Assembly (NCBI GenBank): GCA_030615605.1
Contig: JAUWYY010000006.1
Span: 11,847-75,846, forward strand
Length of the DNA: 64,000 nucleotides
Source: a bacterium
GTDB lineage: Bacteria; Armatimonadota; Zipacnadia; Zipacnadales; Zipacnadaceae
Reading direction: 5' to 3'
Part shown: positions 58,456 to 64,000 of the stretch, piece after piece
Position numbering within the stretch: position 1 is the first letter of the stretch
How the letters are laid out: every line of letters starts with the position of its first letter
Program-made: the position numbers and the translations under genes
Notes under the pieces: model-generated
Told to the model about the DNA's origin: nothing
Seen by the model: the letters and a program-made list of their open reading frames with translations, nothing else
Database searches by the model: none

Positions 58456-61400
58456 CTACTCCTCGATCTGGAGGATGTCGTCGCTGTCCAACTCCTGGTC
58501 GCTACCCTCTAGCCAGGTGGCGAACAATACCTGGGCCTCCCGTTTGGTCAGTGCCCGATCGGCCAGGGCATCGCGCAGTTGGCCAAAGTCGCGGGGGATG
58601 AGTGTTTTGCCGGCCAGCACGCGGTTGATGTGGCCGATGACGTCATCAGTAAGCAGCGACAGGATCTGCCGCGGGCTGGGCTGGTCGGAGAGGCCGACGA
58701 TGGCCTGCAGTTTGCTGGCTACCTCGGTTCTGGGTGGCAGCGCCTGTGCGTAGATGTTGAGCTTCTCGCGCAGGCTGGGGCCACTTAGTGCGGAGAAGTA
58801 CTGATCCAGGCCCTCCTGAGTAGCTTCTTGAAGCTGCTGGACCGGTGGCAGTTGCAGTTCCTGCCCGAGCCGCAGGCGGCACTGTGGGCATATCGGCTGC
58901 TGGCCCAAGTCCTCACCCAGGTTGGGATTATGGCAGCAGCGGGCTATCAAATTCTCTATGATCTCGCCAATCTGGGCGGCATCATACTCGACTTGTATAT
59001 CCAGGCCCTGGAGCTGAGACAGAGCGCGGAAGTCCGGACTGGCGCGGAATCGGCGGTAGTGCTCAAAGGCGGGATTGCGGTGGGCCTGGCTGTGCCAGTT
59101 AAGATAATGACGCTTGTATCGGGTCAGAAAGATCTGCACAGCGCGGTGAAAGGCGAGCTGGTTGCGGATTATCTCCTCGCCGCTTTCCACAGCTTCCAGC
59201 AGCTCGTCTCGCCGGTGGGGAAGTTGCCCGGTATCGGGCAACTGCAGCAGCGAGCTGGTGACATACTGCTTAACCTTGATCAACTCCGGACCGAGCCGCT
59301 GGAGGAATTCCTCCAAACCGTCAACACGCCGCAGCAGCTTGCGCAACAGCATACTCTCATCATCATTGTCCAGGTGCGGCTCCAGCCCGGCGACGAATTC
59401 GCTGATGCCCTCGGAGCTGGCCTTGTTGGGATCGATCATTTCGTAGAATTCGGTAGCTGCATCCAGGTCGCGGGCGGCTTTCTCCCACTGCGGGGCTGAC
59501 TGATCCAGTGCCGCAATCAGTTGGTCGAGCTGCTGGCTGATTTGGCTCAAGCGACTCAGTTGCTGCTGTCGGCCAGCGACCAGCTCTTGCCATATCTGGT
59601 GTTGAGTGCGGAGACTGGGGCCAGAGATACCTCTGTCAAGCACCGCCCGGACCACCTTGCTTAGCGCTTGCCAACTGCTCAGCGGCAGCAGAGCGGGTCG
59701 GGCCAGGTAGCGCACGTGGGCGGCAAAGGGTAGTTCAATTTGCTCAAAGCGCAGCGCCCGCTGGTCGGTATCGAGCGCGACCACATATCCCAGTCGCACC
59801 AGCACCGCTGCGGTTAGCTCAAACAGGTGGGGCGGCAGCCCCAGTGGCGACTTGAGCAAGTGCTGGGCCAGGTCGGCACAGGACAGTGGGCGGCCCTGCT
59901 CGTGCTGGGGGGTTTGATCGCGCTGGCGGATGCGCCTCATAATCTCGTCAGCCACTGGACTGTCTGAGACATCAATCCGTAGGTTATCTCCTTCAGCCTC
60001 CACCAATTCAAGCGGGGCAAGGAAGGCTTCGGCCAGCTCGCGGATACTGGAGCCGGGGGGCGCAGTGACTTCTCCGGGCGCGATCAGTCCAGCGATCACG
60101 CGGCTAATCTGGTCTTCACTGGTCAGAACGCGCCGTGGCGCAACGGATGCAAAATCCGGAAACAAGGCGGCGAAACTGGGTGCGCTAACCTGTGCCAGGC
60201 TTGCGAGCCAATCGCCGGCAGTAGCAGGTAGCTGGTCGGCGGGTATAGTATCGCTGCTGAGCGTTGATATCTCTCCATTATAGTAGGCTTCGACGACGAT
60301 CTGGCGCAGTTGGCTCTCCAGCGTCATATACTCCTCGAGCAGGCGTCCGCGCCACGCTCCCTGCAGTTCGACCTCGGGGGGCGGCTGTTGGAGGAGCTGG
60401 TGGCAGGCCGCACATTCTTTGGCAACATCCACCTCCTCAGCAGTCAACGGCCGCGGCAGCCACGCCACCAGTCCACTATGCCAGCGGGCTTTGTCGGCGA
60501 CCTCCTGCAAGTGCGTCCATGCCTGGCGTTGCTCGGCGACTCGCACTAGCTGCCCAATGAAGAGCTGGCAGTCTTCGGGCGTAGCAGGATCGGCCAATTC
60601 CGCCGCGCACGCCCGTAGTTGGGACAGCGTGAGGTTAGAGAGGTTGGCGATCTGGGCGGCCACGCAGCGGAGAGTATTTTCCCAGATGACCTCATAGGGC
60701 TGTTTGCGTGTCAGCTCGGACAGCGGTAAAGCAGGACTGTCAGAGGCGGCTACTATGCGCTGCCACAGGCGCGAGTCGTCACTTGCGAAGGTGCCTTTTA
60801 CAGCGTTCAGCCGCTGGCGCACCAGATTAGTGAGGTTAGTGTGAGCGTCAATCAGGTAGACGGATGATTCGGGTTCCGGTCCGCGGCGAACGTCCACATA
60901 ATTGCTGGAGAGGTGAAGAGCTTCGAGCAGTTGCCGGGCCCGCTCCGCTGGCAAGCGCGCCGCGCCATTCTCGTCCACGCCCAAACATTCGGCAATGGTA
61001 GCTGCCGCCGAGGGTACGTTGCCCAGGCGCAACACTACCATTGCGCGGATTACCTGCAAGGCCACTTGAGGATCTTCGGGCACCAGTTGGTCAATATTGC
61101 GCTGGTAGAAGTCGAGCACTTCGTTGAAATACGGGCTTACCTGCGGATGTGAACCGGTGGCGGTGTGGATGTAATCCACGAGTTCGGCTGGGCCGATGAG
61201 CTCAAAGTCGGCCCGATCCTCGAAAGCCCGCAATCCACCGGCCCGGGCCGGGGCAGCCGCGAATTGCAGCAGGCCGTCGGCGGCTCTCCCGTAGCGTTCG
61301 ATGATAACCTGGATGCATTGATGAGCCAGGGGATGGAGCGGATACGTCTGTTCGAGCTGCTCAGCGCCAAAGCTGGCCTTGCCAAAGGCTGTTTGATACG

Positions 61401-62484
61401 CGTCGGCTATGCGCTTGATAGCGCTTGACAGTTGCTTGGTATCTGTTTGCTGTAACATCCGCTGTCGAGCGACGCGGGTCATCTGCTGGGTGGACAGTTC
61501 AAGACTGTTTTGATACAAGCTACGCAGGCTGCTCACCAGGTACGGCTCAAGCCCGGTGATGTGCTCCCAGCCGTCTTCGATGGCCAGGATAATGTGCAGT
61601 GGCTCTATATTGCTGCGCTGGGATAGAAACTCCAGGAAGCTGCAGTCACTGTGAGCGGCCTTGCTATCCACGCTGGCAAAGAATTCAGACAGATCGTCAA
61701 TGAGCCATATCGCGCCGCCGAGCCGTTGTTCACTGAGGATTTGCAGCACGCGGGAGAGCCGTTCGCTGCGAGATTGACGGAAATCCAGCGGATAGCCGAC
61801 CTGCTGAGCAACTTGCTGAGCGGCAGCTATTGCCTCGGCTGGTTCGCGGCGGCGCAACTGCTGCCAAGTGGTATAGCCACCGACGTGCTGCCGGGCCCGT
61901 TCGTTGAGCTGTTCGCCGTATCTGGGCACGACGTGTTGCTCAATCAGTGCCATTGCATATGACTGCTGGGAGAGTGGTACGGTGATGTCGTACTTGGGGC
62001 GGGCGAGCTCCCGGGCAGTGCAATCGAAGATAATGTCCTCCAGATGCTCCTGATCTGCGCGGTGTTCAGATAGAGGCACCGGGACGATTAGTCTCGGCGG
62101 GGTTTGCTGCAGTGCCTGGTGAATTGCCGGCAGGTGGGGATGACTGTCCCGGAAGGTTTGCCGGGCGGCGGGGTATTCCAGTAGCAGGGCAATCGCTGCC
62201 AGCAGGTGTGACTTGCCACTGCGGGCCGGACCCTGCACGATTATACTTGAACCCTCATCGGCACCGGCGACAATTGACTCAACAATTGTCTGTAGAGCTT
62301 GCCCCGCTTCGTCGTCCTCGGTTGCGACGTAACTGTCCAGCAAGTCGCCAAGCTGGCTTGCCGCTGGCAGGGAAAGCTCCCCTGGCTGCTGGGCCAGCTC
62401 CTCGCGTAAGGAGTCCAGGTTGCCCAGTGATACCGGCGTGGTCTGCTCAGGACAGTGGATTAGCTCTCCAATGGTTGGTAACAA
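58456..62484 (-). CDS. Large BREX BrxC/PglY-like (DUF6079-type) P-loop ATPase
   Basis: GPARSGKSHLL, LIDDLSEF, FLEFL, YPLHP, SPLGL, C-terminal C..P.CPQC; TTG start at 62484 after GGTGAG. Confidence 0.7.
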   Translation of the reverse strand: MLPTIGELIHCPEQTTPVSLGNLDSLREELAQQPGELSLPAASQLGDLLDSYVATEDDEAGQALQTIVESIVAGADEGSSIIVQGPARSGKSHLLAAIALLLEYPAARQTFRDSHPHLPAIHQALQQTPPRLIVPVPLSEHRADQEHLEDIIFDCTARELARPKYDITVPLSQQSYAMALIEQHVVPRYGEQLNERARQHVGGYTTWQQLRRREPAEAIAAAQQVAQQVGYPLDFRQSRSERLSRVLQILSEQRLGGAIWLIDDLSEFFASVDSKAAHSDCSFLEFLSQRSNIEPLHIILAIEDGWEHITGLEPYLVSSLRSLYQNSLELSTQQMTRVARQRMLQQTDTKQLSSAIKRIADAYQTAFGKASFGAEQLEQTYPLHPLAHQCIQVIIERYGRAADGLLQFAAAPARAGGLRAFEDRADFELIGPAELVDYIHTATGSHPQVSPYFNEVLDFYQRNIDQLVPEDPQVALQVIRAMVVLRLGNVPSAAATIAECLGVDENGAARLPAERARQLLEALHLSSNYVDVRRGPEPESSVYLIDAHTNLTNLVRQRLNAVKGTFASDDSRLWQRIVAASDSPALPLSELTRKQPYEVIWENTLRCVAAQIANLSNLTLSQLRACAAELADPATPEDCQLFIGQLVRVAEQRQAWTHLQEVADKARWHSGLVAWLPRPLTAEEVDVAKECAACHQLLQQPPPEVELQGAWRGRLLEEYMTLESQLRQIVVEAYYNGEISTLSSDTIPADQLPATAGDWLASLAQVSAPSFAALFPDFASVAPRRVLTSEDQISRVIAGLIAPGEVTAPPGSSIRELAEAFLAPLELVEAEGDNLRIDVSDSPVADEIMRRIRQRDQTPQHEQGRPLSCADLAQHLLKSPLGLPPHLFELTAAVLVRLGYVVALDTDQRALRFEQIELPFAAHVRYLARPALLPLSSWQALSKVVRAVLDRGISGPSLRTQHQIWQELVAGRQQQLSRLSQISQQLDQLIAALDQSAPQWEKAARDLDAATEFYEMIDPNKASSEGISEFVAGLEPHLDNDDESMLLRKLLRRVDGLEEFLQRLGPELIKVKQYVTSSLLQLPDTGQLPHRRDELLEAVESGEEIIRNQLAFHRAVQIFLTRYKRHYLNWHSQAHRNPAFEHYRRFRASPDFRALSQLQGLDIQVEYDAAQIGEIIENLIARCCHNPNLGEDLGQQPICPQCRLRLGQELQLPPVQQLQEATQEGLDQYFSALSGPSLREKLNIYAQALPPRTEVASKLQAIVGLSDQPSPRQILSLLTDDVIGHINRVLAGKTLIPRDFGQLRDALADRALTKREAQVLFATWLEGSDQELDSDDILQIEE

Positions 62485-62819
62485 AGATGTCTCACCCGAC
62501 AGGCAGGCTGGTCGGATCTGGTCAAATGCCTCTAAGAAAGTTGTCCGCACCCGCTGAGGATAAGACCATATTCGTGGCGCGATGGGATATCCCTTCTTGC
62601 TTGCTCGAATTTGTGCATAATTTTCTTCCGATTGGTCGGATAAGAGAGTCGGCCCCAACAGTAGTCGCAAATCGGAGAAGGGATAATGTGCGGTTCGACG
62701 AAATTAGACTAGAGTTCGTTGGGGCGTCGTGTTTGTGGTTGCCGGGAGCCAGTGTACACGTTCAATGTCGCCACAGGCGACGTCAGGGTCCGACGCCGGG
62801 CCCGAGGAGGAAGTTACTG

Positions 62820-63470
62820 ATGAATCGAACGCTAGGTTTTCTGATAATGGCGGTTGCCCTGATCTATCTCCTGGTATCGGTTACTGATTTTCTTCCCAAA
62901 TACACCGCTGTACCTGAGCTGGTTGATAACCAGGAAAGACTGGGGCTGAGTACGACTACCACCAACTTGCGCTTCCATATCAGTATGGAGATTGTGGTGG
63001 ACGTCATAGTCGTAGGATTGATAGGGATTCTGGGCTGGTGGTTGACCACCACGGAAACCCAGCAATACGCCTACTGGACTATCTTCATTGTGGTGCTGAT
63101 CGGTTTGATTGTACTCTGGAGTACGCCCCTGTTACCCTTCAAGGTCGCGCGGATATCACCGCAGGGGGCATTCTACTACGCGCAGGTTGAGGTGGAACTG
63201 GCTGCGGATACCACTGAGCAAGGCTGGGTCATCATTCCGACAAAGCAGAACCAGCGCGTGGCAGTAACCGAGACTTATCAAGACGAGCGATCTATTGGCA
63301 AGAAAGAGATAGTCCTGGAATTCACTGATAATAACACGCTCAACCAGTACCTGGGTACGGCTGGGCCGGTGACCGTGCTAGGACGGATGAAGGGCACGCG
63401 CAATCTGGCTTACGACAACTTTATCTACACGGTACCTGGTTTCCAAGTCCTGAAGGTGCGGGGAGGCTGA
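62820..63470 (+). CDS. Hypothetical membrane protein (3 TM plus a soluble beta-rich C-terminus)
   Basis: GAGGAGG RBS before ATG 62820; three hydrophobic segments. Confidence 0.75.
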   Translation: MNRTLGFLIMAVALIYLLVSVTDFLPKYTAVPELVDNQERLGLSTTTTNLRFHISMEIVVDVIVVGLIGILGWWLTTTETQQYAYWTIFIVVLIGLIVLWSTPLLPFKVARISPQGAFYYAQVEVELAADTTEQGWVIIPTKQNQRVAVTETYQDERSIGKKEIVLEFTDNNTLNQYLGTAGPVTVLGRMKGTRNLAYDNFIYTVPGFQVLKVRGG

Positions 63471-63616
63471 ACGGGGCGGATTCTCCGGCAGCAGGATAAT
63501 GCCGGATCCTGGCCGGGGCAGGCCACCTTGATGCGCAATATTGACCTTCCTGGAGAATCTTCGTTTTCCTAGTTGCTTTTTTCCAATTGAGCTGCTAACA
63601 CAGGAGGATTGACGCT

Positions 63617-64000
63617 TTGAAAGGCACGATTATCAAGCAAATCCTGGCCGACCATCTGGTCGCAGGCCAACTTGAGCCCGGCCAGGATGTTGCGATTGTC
63701 ATAGACCAGACCCTGACCCAGGATGTCGCCGGTACGATGGCCTATCTGCAGTTTGAGGAGCTAGGCCTAGAGAGGGTGCATACTGAGCTGGCGGTCAGCT
63801 ATGTAGATCACAATACTCTGCAGACCGGTTTTGAGAATGCTGACGACCACCGCTTCCTGCAGACCGTGGCTACGAAGCGGGGAGTCTATTTCTCGCGGCC
63901 GGGCAATGGCATCTGCCATCAGGTGCATCTGGAGCGCTTCGGCATGCCCGGCAAGACTCTCCTGGGCTCGGACAGTCACACGCCCACCGCTGGCGGCCTG
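63617..64000 (+). CDS. Aconitate hydratase, 5' part (truncated by the window end; absent from the ORF track)
   Basis: Manual translation: MKGTIIKQIL..IDQTLTQDVAGTMAYLQFE..YVDHN..RPGNGICHQVHLERF..LLGSDSHTPTAGGL; AGGAGG RBS. Confidence 0.92.
   Translation, partial: MKGTIIKQILADHLVAGQLEPGQDVAIVIDQTLTQDVAGTMAYLQFEELGLERVHTELAVSYVDHNTLQTGFENADDHRFLQTVATKRGVYFSRPGNGICHQVHLERFGMPGKTLLGSDSHTPTAGGL

Noticed and set aside
62112-62819. First 236 codons of the 452-aa ORF
   Set aside because: They overlap the opposite-strand ATPase gene; the real start is ATG 62820 after GAGGAGG

Overview
A gene-dense, moderately GC-rich bacterial chromosomal segment. It combines Terrabacteria-style synteny (smc-ftsY; gmk-coaBC-metK-priA-def-fmt; phoH-7TM-HD-ybeY) with outer-membrane genes (lptC, lptA), which suggests a diderm terrabacterium, probably Armatimonadota-like and probably an anaerobe (inference). 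Contents in order: an HpcH aldolase; an 11-subunit complex I operon lacking nuoEFG, followed by a polyprenyl synthase; SPOR and PmbA genes; a stand-alone restriction-like nuclease; an mreB-like/HIT/phoH/7TM-HD/ybeY operon; an M24 peptidase, smc and ftsY; a HEAT-repeat lipoprotein; a rodA unit; ogt; a 2042-aa modular surface protein; the gmk-fmt cluster extended by a corrinoid activator and corrinoid protein; a flippase/GT-C cluster; an M48 protease; lptCA; an orphan BREX BrxC-like ATPase; and the start of an aconitase. I saw no tRNA, rRNA, CRISPR array or transposase, but several REP-like palindromes are present. Best novel candidate: NuoL has a duplicated 27-aa segment in its lateral helix, the signature of complexes with an extra NuoM pump, yet only one nuoM is encoded. 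That nuoM is preceded by a possible internal promoter and followed by a hairpin, suggesting one gene may supply two NuoM copies. Other leads are degenerate catalytic motifs in the MreB-like and PgpH-like proteins of one operon, apparently nested domains in the giant surface protein, and two orphan defence-like genes. All family assignments come from motif recognition by eye, not from database searches.
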